Part shown: one piece after another, positions 51,310-64,000 of the stretch
Layout of the letters: each line of letters starts with the position of its first letter
How positions within the stretch are numbered: the first letter of the stretch is position 1
Assembly: GCF_018350175.1 (NCBI RefSeq)
Contig: NC_058368.1
Location: 34,598,001-34,662,000, forward strand
DNA length: 64,000 bases
Direction: 5' to 3'
DNA from: Felis catus
Lineage: Eukaryota
The notes under the pieces: generated by a model
The model's database searches: none
The model's input: the letters and a program-made list of their open reading frames with translations, nothing else
Told to the model about the DNA's origin: nothing
Program-made: the position numbers and the translations under genes

Positions 51310-51840
51310 TTGTTATCTATTACTGTGTGACAAACCATTCCAAAATTTAGTATCTTAAAACAACAAACGCTTGTGTGCATACAGTTCTCTAATAAGGTCA
51401 TCATCTGGAAGAGATGGTTTTTCTGTGCTCCGTGTGTCATTGACTAAGGAAGCTCAAGTGGAGCTGGAAGATCTACTTCCAAAATGGCTTCCTTCAAGCA
51501 TCTGACAAGTTCACACTGGCTGATGGATAGGAGCTTGGCTGGGGCTGTGTAGGCAGGAGTCTTGGTTTTCCTCCATACAGCCCAGCATGGGGCTAGATTA
51601 GGTTTGCAAAGTTATAGTCTCAGGATAACAGCATTTCTTACATGGTGGATGGCTTCCAACATGGACAAAAGTACAAAAGTAAAAGCTTCCAGGTGTTCTT
51701 ATATATTAATTAGGCTTAGAACTTTATAACATTACTTCTAATACAACTTAGTAATTATAAATCCAGGGAGAATGGCTGCACAGGATCACAAATAGCAGAT
51801 GATATGGCTCACTGAGGGCAGGGGGGATATGATGAAACAC
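51310..51840 (-). mobile_element. Old MaLR solo LTR (MLT1G/H-like)
   Basis: tatctattactgtgtgacaaaccattccaaaatttagtatcttaaaacaac...ggagctggaagatctacttccaaaatggctt. Confidence 0.75.
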
Positions 51841-51894
51841 ATTGGTATGCCCTTTTATCATGTAGATCCCCAAATTCTCAAGTATTTTAAAATT

Positions 51895-52006
51895 TTATCA
51901 TTATTTTATTATTTATTTATTTATTTATTTCATTTATTCATTTATTTATTTAATTTTAGAGAGAGAGAGAGAAAGAATGCCCAAGAATGAGAGAGGGGCA
52001 GAGAGG

Positions 52007-52048
<42 letters not shown>

Positions 52049-52182
52049 CTTAAGCAGACTCCATGCTAAGCATGGACACTCAATCCCACAACAATGGGTC
52101 ATGACATGGCACTCGATCCCACAACAATGGGTCATAATATGAGCCAAAATCAAGAGTTGGAGACTCAACCAGCTAGGCACCC
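51895..52182 (-). mobile_element. SINEC with internal ~33-bp tandem duplication
   Basis: (GA)n, gaatcttaagcagactccatgct, repeated cactc(a/g)atcccacaacaatgggtcat. Confidence 0.9.
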
Positions 52183-52239
52183 ATTATTTTACCCATTATT
52201 ATAATTTTTTATAATAAATATTGAAGAAATGGAGAGGGA

Positions 52240-52900
52240 TAGACAGTAATCAAATAATCAAACAAGAAATTATAAAGTTAAGAAGAGAGAGAGAAAGGGG
52301 AATAAAAAAGTTCCAAGGAAAGAGAATAGCATATAAAAAATGTATTGGACTAGGAGGGAACATGCTAAATAAGACAAAGGCCAATGTGGCTGCAATACAG
52401 AGAGTGATGAGGGCCATGATATGAGATGAGGGTAGATGATAAGAGATGAGTCTTGGAGGGCTTTTTGGGCTGCATAAAGGGACTTTTACATTTATTCCAA
52501 GAACAATGAAAACCTATTTAAGAGTTATAAGCTAGAAAATTATATGGTACGGGATTTATGAATTAAAAAAAATCATTTTGGCTGATGTGCATAGATCAGC
52601 TGGAGTAGAGGTTGACACAATGACTATTAAGAGAACAGTTTGGACTTGGGAGCTGAGAAAAACAATGCTTGGAAATACTAGATGGATAGGAAAGATAAAA
52701 TGGAGAAACATACAGAAGCATAATGGGAAGAGGTGATGGATTAGATATATTAAGGGTGAATTTGGGAATAGTATGTGTCAAGGATGACTAGACAAATGGG
52801 TGCCATTTCCTTTAATAGGAAACCCTGGAAGAGATGGTGTGAGGTCCTTTGGGACTTCTAATAAGAGATATCAAGATGGCAATCTAATATATGAGACTGA
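52240..52900 (-). mobile_element. L2 relic
   Basis: Purine-rich aaggccaatgtggctgcaata...tttattccaagaacaatgaaaacctatt...aatcattttggctg...gtcaaggatgact. Confidence 0.6.
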
Positions 52901-53729
52901 AGCTGGTAGAAATATGAGCTGTCTGTAGGCAGACATAATAGAAGACATGATATATATTTTTTTCTTGAAGGAAATACGTAAGCAGAATGAAAAAAAATCT
53001 CCATTTATAAAATTGGGATAAAAATATCACCTCATAATGCTTAAGTGCTCAACATACTGCCAGGGATATATTAAACACTCAATAAATGTTAGTTATTATT
53101 ACTATTATCATTTTTATTATTACTGCTGTTTGTTGTTTTAGGAAACTTAGAACTATATTTGTATTCATAAGAGTCAGAGAAATTTAGCCAAAAAGTCAAA
53201 GGATGGGGGTCACATACTGGAGATGTGGGAAGGGAGAGAGCTTCTGAAGACATCAGCCACATCTGATATGAACTCAGGTGAAAGATTAAATGCCACCTTT
53301 AAAATAATATACACTCTCAAGTATCAAGTACTAGGAGTGCTTGAAGAATGAATAAGGTGAAACAATATGATGTTAAGAGACCTATCAAAGCAGACTTTTG
53401 TGGTGAAACTCTATTTAATCGGGATACAAAGTGAAAACTTGGGCCAATGCATACTCTCACAGCCAAAATCCAACTACCTAGCCATAGAGCCTGGTTCTAC
53501 ATGAGCTTCAAGTATCTTTCATGAGTTTTGAGGAGTTCCTCCTATAATGCCAGCAGCCCAGATATGCCTTATACCCCCCCAGGATATTCCCTTTTGGGGA
53601 CTTACTGGTCTTTTCTGGCCTCTGTCAGGAGCCCTTGGTCTAACTTTCTGGTCTTCCACAGTCAAACTAAGCATGAAGCAACAGAAATAGTGAAGAAGTC
53701 AGATTTCCGTCAGGCACTCTATGCCTAGT

Positions 53730-54400
53730 ATTTATTCATAAACTCATTAAAAAATTTTGTCAAACATTTATCAAGAGCCCATTTTTGTGCCAGATACTTT
53801 TCCATATTCTAGTAATTCAGAAGACTGGCTCTTGGCAACTTAATGATTTTAATGATAAGGAACAGAGGTAATAAGGGAATAAGTAAATGAGAGGAAAAAG
53901 TAATTTCCCCTAATAACTATCGTGTTGATAATAAAGCTAGTTGATATAGTGGAAAAGGACTAAGGTGAAAGATGTGCACTTTATATTGAATTATATAAAG
54001 AAGCCACATTTGACCTCCTGGGGCCTAGAGTTTAAGAAGAACAAACACTCAATCCAAAAGTTCTAAAGGCAGGAACAATACTGGTGCATTGAAAGAAAAT
54101 TAGTGCTGTTGACTCACAGTCTATCAGCAGAGACTAGAAGGAGATGAAGTTGGAGAGGAAGGCAATGGTCATATAATGTAGACTTTTGTGCCCAGGATAA
54201 GGCGTTTGAATTTTCTTTTATGCTCAATGGAAAGTCAAGTTCTTAGCAGGGGAAATAAATGATCTGATTCATGTTTTGTAACGATTTCTCTGGATACTTG
54301 GTGTTGAACAGACACGAGTAACTTCAGGGAAATAATTTAGGACGTTATTTCAAGAGCAAAATGATGGTTGTTTAGATCATAGTGGTAAACTGAATAGGGA
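53730..54400 (-). mobile_element. L2 relic including 3' end
   Basis: caaacatttatcaagagccc...tgtgccagatac...ggagatgaagttggagagg...aaatgatctgattcatgtttt. Confidence 0.65.
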
Positions 54401-56431
54401 GACAATTGGACATTGAATACACTTCTGTTAGAATAAATAAGACTTTTGAGTTTATGGATATTTTGGAGTGGAAAGCATCACTTGCAAAAAAATGAAGTTT
54501 GTGATAGTAACACATGTCAGTGCACAGAGAGTAACTGGGGTAGGACAGGGAAAGGAGGAAACAGTAACTTCACCCCGAGTTTGTGGAGCATCTAATATAA
54601 TTTAAAAATATTTGATAGATGATTGTTTATGGTGGAATATTCAAGAATAAAGAAGAGTTTTAGGTATTTCTTCCATGTGATTGTAGTACTTGGTAGTATA
54701 ATTCTAACTCCAGATTCCTGTAAAAGACAGAATTCCTTTCTGTCATAAGTGTCTTTTGGTGTGGGAGAGGGATGGATGTAAGGAATGTAAGATTCGTAAG
54801 CCAAAAATATCCATATCTGTAGTTTCCCTCTTGGAATATTTCACAGAAAAAGGGCAATCTTCAGCTGAGAAAAAATCCGTGTTCTTGTGCTTCTTATTTC
54901 TATTATTGGAAATGGTTTAATGAAAAAAAATTCAGATTGCAAGTCAGTAGATGTATTTTGGCGGGGAGGTATGGCATGCGGGAAATGTCTCATTAACTAG
55001 CTCTGTGATAAGTCACATACACTGAGTATGTCTCATTTCCCAATTTACAGTCATGATGTTCCTTCCTCCTCCAGGATTCAAAGATAATCATGCATATCAT
55101 GTATAAGGCATTCTAGGGAAAAGTACATTTGAAATACAATCCCTAATAGTCCAATCTTTAAATGTGAAATCGAACCACTAAGTGATTTAGAGACTTGCCC
55201 TAAGAATCAGACACACTGAGTAGCATAAACTGAGTTTATATATTGAATTCTTAGCTTAAAATCCCTCATTCATACCAGAAATCAATCTACTTTCTCAAAA
55301 CTCATGCTTTAATAACTAAAACCTAATACTCTATCTTTAAATATCAATGAGTGAAGATGCAGTTTCCTTTCAAATTTAAGAGTCAATGTGATTATCTTCA
55401 CAGATTAGAACATGTGGGAAATATAAAGTAGTTAATATGAAATTAGACTAAAACGTGTATGTTTTTCATAAAGATTCACCTTGTCAAATCCCTTAAGTAT
55501 GTATAAAGTCAACTACAAATAATTATTTATTATTAGATTTACAAACTTTTGTTAACACATCAATAGCTTGAAGGTAAGATATCACAAGACAGTAAAATCA
55601 AGAATACTTAAGAATTGCTTAAATGCAATAACTGAGCTTTCTTATTATCCTTTCTTAGTGCATAAGTCATTAAAATGGCATGTAACCATCATACACATGC
55701 ACACAATTTCAATCCTCTAGGATTGGTATTTGGTATATTTTGGTTCTTATATTATTGGCTAAAAGTTATTAGTGGCCAGTGTTAATACACCATGTGCCTT
55801 GAGTTGGTTGTCACGCTTCCCCATAGTGATGTATTTGGTTAAACTGTGGCAGGTGTTTACATGAATATTATTGATGATTTAAGCAACTTGGCTCAGAGGC
55901 TTTTTTAATAACTCCTGCTGAAGAAAGGTAATAATAGTGGACAATACTGTCATCTGTCATACAATATTTCAGAATGTTCCCATTAAGAGGGAACCACTCA
56001 GCAGTTTTTCCAAGTGTTACCTATCAGCTACAAATACCTCCTTATTTTCAGGTTTACTCTATGTCAACATAAATTAATAGTGGTTTTATAAATTAATTTC
56101 TTTTACTATCCAATACTTTCTCTGAGAGCACGTAATGAATTCATGCACAGCAATGACACATCTCTCATATCTATAACAGCACTTTTATCTAACATATTTG
56201 ACTTGTAAGTTAGCAAGACATATGCTGATCTAACCAAAACAACAACTAAAATCATATAGGATACCTGCCCCTGTGCATCTATACTGTGTAGAAAATCAAG
56301 TTACAAGGATATGCAATTTGGTATACTGCTGAAAAGAACATTCTTTGGACCATGAAGGTGCTGGTAGAGATCGTTTCTCACCCCATACTAGCAGTAGGAT
56401 TATGGCACATTATGAAACCTCTCTAAATTTT

Positions 56432-56676
56432 ATTTTATTTTATTTTATTTTATTTTATTTTATTTTATTTTATTTTATTTTATTTTATTTTATATGTTTA
56501 TGTTTATTTGTTGACAGAGAGAGAGCATGTGTGTGAGTGGCAGAGAGAGGGAGAGAGAGAATCTCAAGCAGGATCTGTACTGTTAGCATGGGTCTGGATC
56601 TCACAAATCATGAGATCATCACCTGAGTCGAAAACAAGAGTCAGAAGCTCAACTGAATGAGCCACTTAGGCACCTC
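56432..56676 (-). mobile_element. SINEC with (TTTTA)n tail and TSD, inserted in a MIR
   Basis: TSD cctctctaa(a/g)tttt at 56418-56431 and 56680-56693; flanks rejoin into a MIR-like core. Confidence 0.92.
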
Positions 56677-56872
56677 ATGCCTCTCTAAGTTTTAGACTTC
56701 ATCCTTAAACTGAGGATAATGGAGTAGCTAACTAAAAGGATATATTGCAGATGATATCCTTAATATGCCTGGTATATATAAAGCACTTAAAAATTATAGA
56801 TAGTATCATTGGTGTCATCATTATAATGATGATTACCATTAGAAATAACAGTAAATGAATGGTATTTCTCTT

Positions 56873-57345
56873 TGTGATGGTTGTAAAAACACACCCACAA
56901 GTTCTTTGACAACCTTCTTAGCAAAAGATTGAGTATAATCTCCCCATTAAATATGGACTGGCCTCACTAGCTCACTTCTAACAAATGGAATGTGGCAGAA
57001 GTTACCGTGGGCCTTCTAAGACTAAGTCATACATTGTGGTAAAGTTACAGTTTGACTCTCTCTCTCGTTTGGGACATATGCTTTTGGAGCTCTGAGCAGC
57101 CATGTGAGAAGTCCTTAAAGCCACCATGCTGTAGAAATCACATAAAGCTAGAGACCATCAAGGAGTTTCAGCTGTTCTATTCTCCAGCTGTTTCATGTTT
57201 CCAGCCACTACCATTTGCCAGACAGATGACGATTCTAGCCCCAGCAAAGGTCCGATTGTCACTGCGTAAACAATCCTGAACTAGATGCTATTGTTCAAGC
57301 CACTATTTGGGGGTAGCTTTTAGGCAGCAGTAGATTATCAAAACA
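56873..57345 (+). mobile_element. MaLR solo LTR (MLT1F/G-like)
   Basis: tgtgatggttg...ttctttgaca...aatggaatgtggcagaagt...aagccactatttggggg...gcagcagtagat...aaca. Confidence 0.75.
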
Positions 57346-58300
57346 TGGTAACGAGGTTATATCCCATTCTATCTTTCTGCATTTTATGTCTCTCTCTTTT
57401 GACATCTCAGTAATCTAGTTTTCTTATGAACAGTATAGAAGTGTTTATTTTTAAATGGTAGTACTCTACTCCTCATAGGTCTGTATGTAAGAGGCTGAGG
57501 GATACAGAGAGCAAGAGATGGTAGGCTGTTGTCCAGGCTGTAGGTATGGATAAAAGCATGCTGTCTTTTATGCAAACGACAATGATTCAGTCTCTGTAAG
57601 CAGCTATGTCTATGACATAGACAGCTGCATTGCATCCTGTTTCCTAGGCAATAGAGCTAGTAAAAAGGCATGGATTTAGACACATTGGAAACACAGTTGC
57701 TATCTTCACAGCCATTGCATTGCATTTATAAAGATCCACTCACAAAGCACCACTGCTCCTAAAAGTGATCTGAAATGCACATGCGGTTATCCCAGATGTT
57801 ACAGGGTTTCATACCTAATTGGAAGACACCTTCAAATGATAATCCACTCTTGGAGAATGTGTTAAATCCTTTGGGTCATAAAACCTTAGAGTACCTGATC
57901 TGACATGGACATTCCAGGCTTCATTACAAAATATCCCAAAGGATAAAATAGGACAAAAATGGTCTGAATGAGCCAAGCCACTCCCCAAAGCACTGTCTTT
58001 TTTTTCCTGATTTTCATCTCCAATGCTTAGCTAAATTATTAATTAAAAAGTGTGGCAAATTGATGAGTTTATTGAATTTGTTTTACAGAATTAGTTATTA
58101 AACATATTAAAGGACAGTATTTATTCTGCAGTTTTGCTTCAAGAAATTTTATATGAGAAAATTTTCTGTGCCTTTTCTACCTCATAATTTAAATTAAGAG
58201 CTTTAAATCAAGTTTAGTTGCAGAGTTATTATATGACCACAAAATTGTGTTTGTGGCAGAAACTTAAGCTTACCAGAGACTGGTGCTCTGGCCCTTGCAG

Positions 58301-58342
58301 GCTTCTTCAATATGACGCTGCAAATTCACGTGTACAGAAAAG
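58301..58342 (+). other. Candidate 42-nt exon (host gene unknown)
   Basis: ctctggcccttgcag|G acceptor and AAG|gtgaga donor; length is a multiple of 3. Confidence 0.25.
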
Positions 58343-59769
58343 GTGAGACCCTCTCAGACTATGGGGGAAGATCCATCTCCCACAAATACATGTTAAAATT
58401 TGGAGTTAAAATGTTAGTTTGTAAAGGTTGGCCATATAGAAAAAAATATATATTTAACATTATTTTTTTTCAACCTCTTTCCTCAGTATTCCTACAGTTT
58501 TAAACAGCCAGTCTTTAAACCTGCAAGTTTCAAGTGGTCCCCTCTGCCTCTGTTTTGTCAGTCTTCCCCTGGTATGCCTCTGATGCATGAGATTTTCAAG
58601 GTCCAACTGTTTGGGGATGGAAAGAGACAAAGCAGAATTTTGTTTGCTCCTAATGTTCTCTGAAATATGTGACAAGCCCTGCAGGAAATAACATTTTGGA
58701 CGCCAAACTCTCATTACCACATTAATTGCCTCTGTCATGACAGTTTGGGCCTGAGCAAATGTCTGGAAACCCGCTGAGCTCCTCAAGAGAACAACACAGG
58801 CCAAGGGAAAGTGGGTTTGCAGTTCCCCAAAGCCATCAGCTAAAGGTGCTGTAACCAGAGCATGCTTGGGGATTCATCCTTACCACTTGAGTCACTGTTA
58901 AATTGGTGGGCAAGTGGCTGTCAGAAACCTTTGTCTCTAAAAACTTATGGAAAATATTCATGAGAACAAAGTAAAAATATGATTAAACCATATTTTATCA
59001 GCATGACATCTGCACAATAAGTGATTGTCCAATTGACTATATGTCAAAGTAACACGGAGTGAAGGGGTGTGTAGAGGGCGGAAGATAAAAGCTCCAAATG
59101 GGCTTTCAGCTTCCCTTCGGCTGCAGTGACACGAACACTATGTAATCAGAGCAGCTCATGAAAGGGGAATTTGAACTGAGTGGACAGCAAGTAACATTTG
59201 AAGTCAAAGCGAAACCCAAACTTCCCTTAATACTCCCCCCTACCCATATCATTAATCTTAAAGTAGCCTTTTTAATTAATATAATTAGAGGCTTTAATTA
59301 TTGAAAGTTAAGTTAAAGATGAAAAGTATCATGTAATGAAGATGATTATTTTCTTTCTTTAAGCCCCACAGGAAAACCAAGTGCAGTTTTTCTTTCCTAT
59401 TCCTTTCAACTTCAAGTGATATTTCCTATATTTAAATAATTACAAGACTTAAGGGAAAAAAGTTGGGTGAATAGAGTATGTGAAAAGAATGGCTGATCAC
59501 AGAGAGAACATATCTTTGATCTATCTTACGTCATAAAGGAGTCTCAAAGAATTAGGTCGCCATGATATTGATATTGTCATAAACAGAGGGTGTTCATATA
59601 AATTGGTACCATCTTTTCATAAAGCAACCTATAAATAGATAATTTTGATAATTTTTGAAATAAGAATTAAGAACAAATAATTTTGTTCTTAAATACGAAA
59701 AATTTGGAAAAAATGTTATGATGTAGATGCATCACATTACTTATAATATGGTAATTTTGGTAAAAATGT

Positions 59770-60260
59770 TATTGCTTATTAAGCAATAAAGAGAATAAAG
59801 AGAATGCTACTGTAATAAAGAGACCCCAGATATAGTTTAGACAAGAGGGTTCACTCATATCTTACATAAGCCAAACCAGGATAATGGGATAGCTCTATAG
59901 CCTGAGGTCATTCAGACACATGGGTTCTTGACATTTTTTTTTTTTTCTTTTCTGCTGTCTTCATATGTGATTTCTTTCCCTGGGTGGTCAAAGTTCAGTT
60001 ACCACCAATTCTAGCATCCAGCCTGAGGAAAGTGTAAAGCATGAGCACTACGTACTTGCATTTTTAAAGAATCAGATTTGAAGGTGTATATATCATTTCC
60101 ATTTGTATCCAGGGGACAAAACTTAATCACCAGAAGATATCTAGCTATAAAAGATGCTGGAAAACCTAGTTTTTAAAGCGAATAGCCATGTACAATTTAA
60201 AACGTGGTGGTGCAATGGCTCTAATATTAAAGGAAGGGGGGGCGGGAAATGGGGTCAATG
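59770..60260 (-). mobile_element. Very old MaLR LTR (MLT1J/K-like)
   Basis: gctactgtaataaagagacccc...aacttaatcac...ctagctataaaagatgctggaaaac...gccatgt. Confidence 0.55.
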
Positions 60261-60426
60261 TCATAAAGTCTTACAATCGAAGGTATGTCAATATATTTTG
60301 AGGTACCTATTTTTATGGAATGGTGTAAGTGATTTTACCAAAAATGTGTTGAATGGGAAAACATATTACACACACACACATACACATACATAAATGCATT
60401 AGATATGCATTTATGATAATGCATAA

Positions 60427-60755
60427 TGTGATAGCTAATTATATGTGTCAACTTGACTAGTCCAGAGTACTCAGATATGGTCTAACACAGGTCTAGAAGT
60501 TGCTGGGAGGTATTTGTTTAGGTAAGAGATTTGTTCCATAATATGGGTGGGCCTCATCCAACCACTTGAATGACTTAACTGAAAAGAGCCCCTAAGGAGG
60601 AGGAAATTCTGGCTTGACTGTCTTTGGACTCCAGCTGCAGAATCAGCCCACCCTGGTCCTACACTGTAGTTTTTGCACTGGTTGGCCTCCACAATCTTCT
60701 AAGACAATTACTTAAAAGAAGTTCTTTCTCCACACACACACACACACACACACAC
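60427..60755 (+). mobile_element. ERVL solo LTR (MLT2-like) ending in (CA)n
   Basis: tgtgatagctaattatatgtgtcaacttgactag...gggtgggcctcatccaacc...gcctccacaatc. Confidence 0.85.
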
Positions 60756-60899
60756 CTGTGGATACATGTATAAAATATTAAATTTATACAATATATATAC
60801 CATGGAATTCAAAAAAAGAAGACACATTCCTGATTTATAGGATACGGAAGGTAATAGAGATTAATCAGATACCTTTATAAATTATATTATTAAGGTTTT

Positions 60900-63200
60900 G
60901 CGTATTCTGGTTTATTTTGTCCCATTTTATTTTGAAAATAGAAAAATTTATTAAAGCTTCATATTTTTTTGTCAATTTTGCCTTTTGTTTCCTTCATTTC
61001 TTGTTGGGCCAAGTTGCTTTCTTGTTTTTTGATATATAGATTTTCATAATTCCCTTCATTGTATGTTATGAAGTATCTTTATCTGTCACCTTTGCTGCTT
61101 TTTAGCTGAAAGCATATAATTTGAACAACTTTGTTCAACCTTTTCTTTTCAAGATTTAAATAATATTGTTTTGGGTGAATCACTTTTATGTGTCATAGCT
61201 TTGAGGCTTACTTTTTAATACAATCTAAAGTCTTTTCTTATTCCCTTTAATAGATCAGTTATAACCATTACATGCATTGGTAAGAATATGCTTGATCTTA
61301 ATTTTACCATATTATTTTATGTTTATCCACCTTTGCAAGGTTTTATTTTCTCTTTAAATGTATGTTCTCTTTTGTCTCTTTTGTACCTTTTGGTTTGCTC
61401 TTTTGTTCTAATATTTATAAATTTCAATGATTGTTCCAGAGATTGCCTTTACATTATGTTTTGCTAAGATATTTAGTTCTATATTTCTGTATAGAGTAAC
61501 TATTAGTTTCAAGGTATGAAAAATAATAAAATTTATTCTGTTCTTTTTCTAGATCTTCTCTATTCTTCTCTTCTATTGGTAGGTTTGGCTGATGGTATAC
61601 TCTTTCTTAGTGTTCAGTTTTATACAACTAAAGATAATTCTTCTACTAATTGATTTGTCAAGTTTATTCATAATATTTGACTCCTGGCTGTAACACATGA
61701 TATAATTTGTAAGTTCTCCACTTTTCCCCTCATCCTCTTCTGAATATTTTTTGGTTTATTTAATAATGCTTATATTCTATTTCATCAGTTTGGTCTACAT
61801 TTTCCTTTAGAACTTAGTTTTATCATTAAATATATTTGATGTTTACAGCTTTGGCTATATTTTCAACCACCAACTCTTGGCAGGCAGTATTCATTCTCTA
61901 TTTGATCCCTCAAGAGATTCTTGGGAAAAACTATTTGTCTGTAGCTTTTATAATTGAAAGATCTTGGTTGAATATAAAATCTTTGTCTCGATCTTTATCA
62001 TATTAAGAATATTTTAAGCCCAGTGTCTGGAGTTGAATAATTTGGTAGAGTAGCCTGAGGAAAATGTCTCTCTCTCTCTCTTTCTCTCTTTCTCTCTTTC
62101 TCTCTCTCTCGTCCCTTTCCATTTACAAGTGACTTGTTCTTTTGCCTTACTAACAAATGTTTATTTTAAAATTCCAATAAATTTACTAGGCTATATCTTC
62201 ATATTAACCATTGTACATTTCCCCTAGTACACACTACAACTTTCAATATGTAGATTCAAAGCTTCCTGTCATTATTATATTTTGAAATATTTATTGTTAC
62301 ATTGGTGTGAAACATTCTCCTTTGACTATCTTCTCATCTATCATTGGACAACTCTGCCTTAACTCCTAGCTTGTTTGTGGGTATTCTTTTCAGGGGGAAG
62401 TGTTGATTCTTCATTTCTATCCTCCATATTCCTTATTGTGTTTCCCATCATCTCTGTTCTTGTGTGTCACTCAATTTCATCTTCTATTCTGTTTCCTTCA
62501 TTTTCTTTCCAGAATTTAGCCAGTCTTTAGGCCATACATTCCCTGAGTTCTTATGTTTCAGTTCTGTGTTATTTTATACGTATATTCATGCTTGAATCCT
62601 TTGTTAAAATTTTCTTTCAATTTGCAACAACATATTTACTAAGTGTTTTTCCTTTCTTTGATTTACTGTTCATTTGCATTTTTTTATTTGCATAATTTTT
62701 ATTATAATATTGTTGTCCTAGATCTCTTTGAGTTACTACTGGTTGAAAGAGTTGGACTTTCCTGAAACATTTGCACTGTTTGTTTTATTTTTATTTTTGG
62801 CTAATTGGAGGGTGACGGCATCTGAGATTGTCTTCTAGGTTTCCTAACTCAAAGGCTACCTCTTCTGTCACTTGGCTGATCAAATGTTGTATTAAAATAT
62901 GGTGCCTCTGGAGGCTTTCATTTTGTCTCTTTGAAGACAGCTAGTTTCAGGAAGGCTCCCATCCCTACCTGTGCACCCTGGCTTCCACTGACTACTGTAA
63001 CCAATCTTTTCCAGATTTCAAGGCAAATAATGCACACTTAAGTAATGTAATTTTGCTGGAACTTCTGAGATTTGCTATACCAGGATTCTCACCCAACCTC
63101 CTTCACTGGAACCTAACCAGAAACATACTTTATATGCCTCCACTCTCTACCTTTCCTGGGTAAGCGCTTTGTCTGATCTATTACATCATTTCCCAGCTGT
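60900..63200 (-). mobile_element. Highly decayed HAL1/L1ME-type fragment
   Basis: Long T-rich tract containing ttgaatataaaatctttg...aatttactaggctatatct...ctttcaatatgtagattca. Confidence 0.5.
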
Positions 63201-63514
63201 CTACCATTTGCAATTCAGGATGGGTAACTGATCTTTGAGAACATACCCTTTTAGAAGCCCTCTCTGGAATCTGCTACTGCTTTCCCCTTCAGAGTTCCAT
63301 TATAAAACACTCTGCCATTTCCTGTACAATGCACCCTAGCACCACAGCTTCCTGTGTGCCTTTGATTATCAATAAGCTCTTTGCCTTATGTTGGCATTTA
63401 TGCATTCCCTCTAATTGCTGCAATGAAGGCTTGCCTTTTTCTCCCCTTTTATGCAGATTTTTCAAGTAGTGAACAGAAAGATTCATATCTAAGATGTTGC
63501 CACATTTATACCTG

Positions 63515-63650
63515 CACCATTTCAATTTCACTGAAGAAACCAAATCCATAGTGGGTAAATTAGATGCTAACATGTCCATGGAAAGTAGTGACAGAGAAGG
63601 TACTAGAACTCAGACACTTATGTTCCAGTCTAATCCTCATTTGCCATACA
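63515..63650 (-). mobile_element. MIR relic
   Basis: tttcactgaagaaaccaaatc...gtagtgacagag...actagaactcag...ttccagtc. Confidence 0.55.
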
Positions 63651-64000
63651 TATTACCTTTACCCTGTCTGGTACACACCTAGAGATCACTAATGCTTTGC
63701 TTTTTATACCAAATCTAATGCTAATCAACTTTTTAGTGATGTTACACAAGTATCATTAATTACTCATGTAAGATTGTTCCCAAATTCCTTAAATTCAATT
63801 ATTTCTTGGTTGTGTCCTAGGCTAGTGGTCAGCTATTACACACCAGGGAATTGGTAATACAAATGTTTTTATCAGGTCTGGATTATACAAACGTATATAC
63901 ACACAATTGTGTGTATATACAATATATAAACAATTAAGATATATATTTGTATAACTTTATATAATTAATGCTATTAAGAATTTTTTCCCAACTAAGAAGA

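Noticed and set aside
58884..58936. 53-nt minus-strand exon-like segment
   Set aside because: Mediocre acceptor, not frame-preserving, peptide unrecognised.

Overview
This is AT-rich, repeat-dense, non-coding mammalian DNA, almost certainly from a felid (cat family). The basis is about 20 tRNA-derived carnivore SINEs, including one near-consensus SINEC_Fc copy at 30815-31046. I found no intact protein-coding gene. The ORF track is explained by microsatellites, SINEs, decayed L1 ORF2 pieces and a decayed Tigger1 transposase. The window holds SINEC copies (many with target-site duplications, TSDs), L1 fragments of several ages, a near full-length Tigger1 nested in an L1 3' UTR, MaLR/ERV solo LTRs, MIR/L2 relics and simple repeats. 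The most notable unexplained features are: (i) a nested inverted repeat with a perfect 40-bp outer arm (31233-31427); (ii) an old ~92-bp direct duplication (6935/7908); (iii) a CCAAT/AP-2/C-EBP/TATA promoter-like module at ~21800-21905 inside a zone of CpG retention; and (iv) two frame-preserving candidate exons on opposite strands. Repeat family names come from remembered consensus sequences, not a database search, and boundaries of old repeats are approximate. I see no convincing evidence of a novel multi-gene system.
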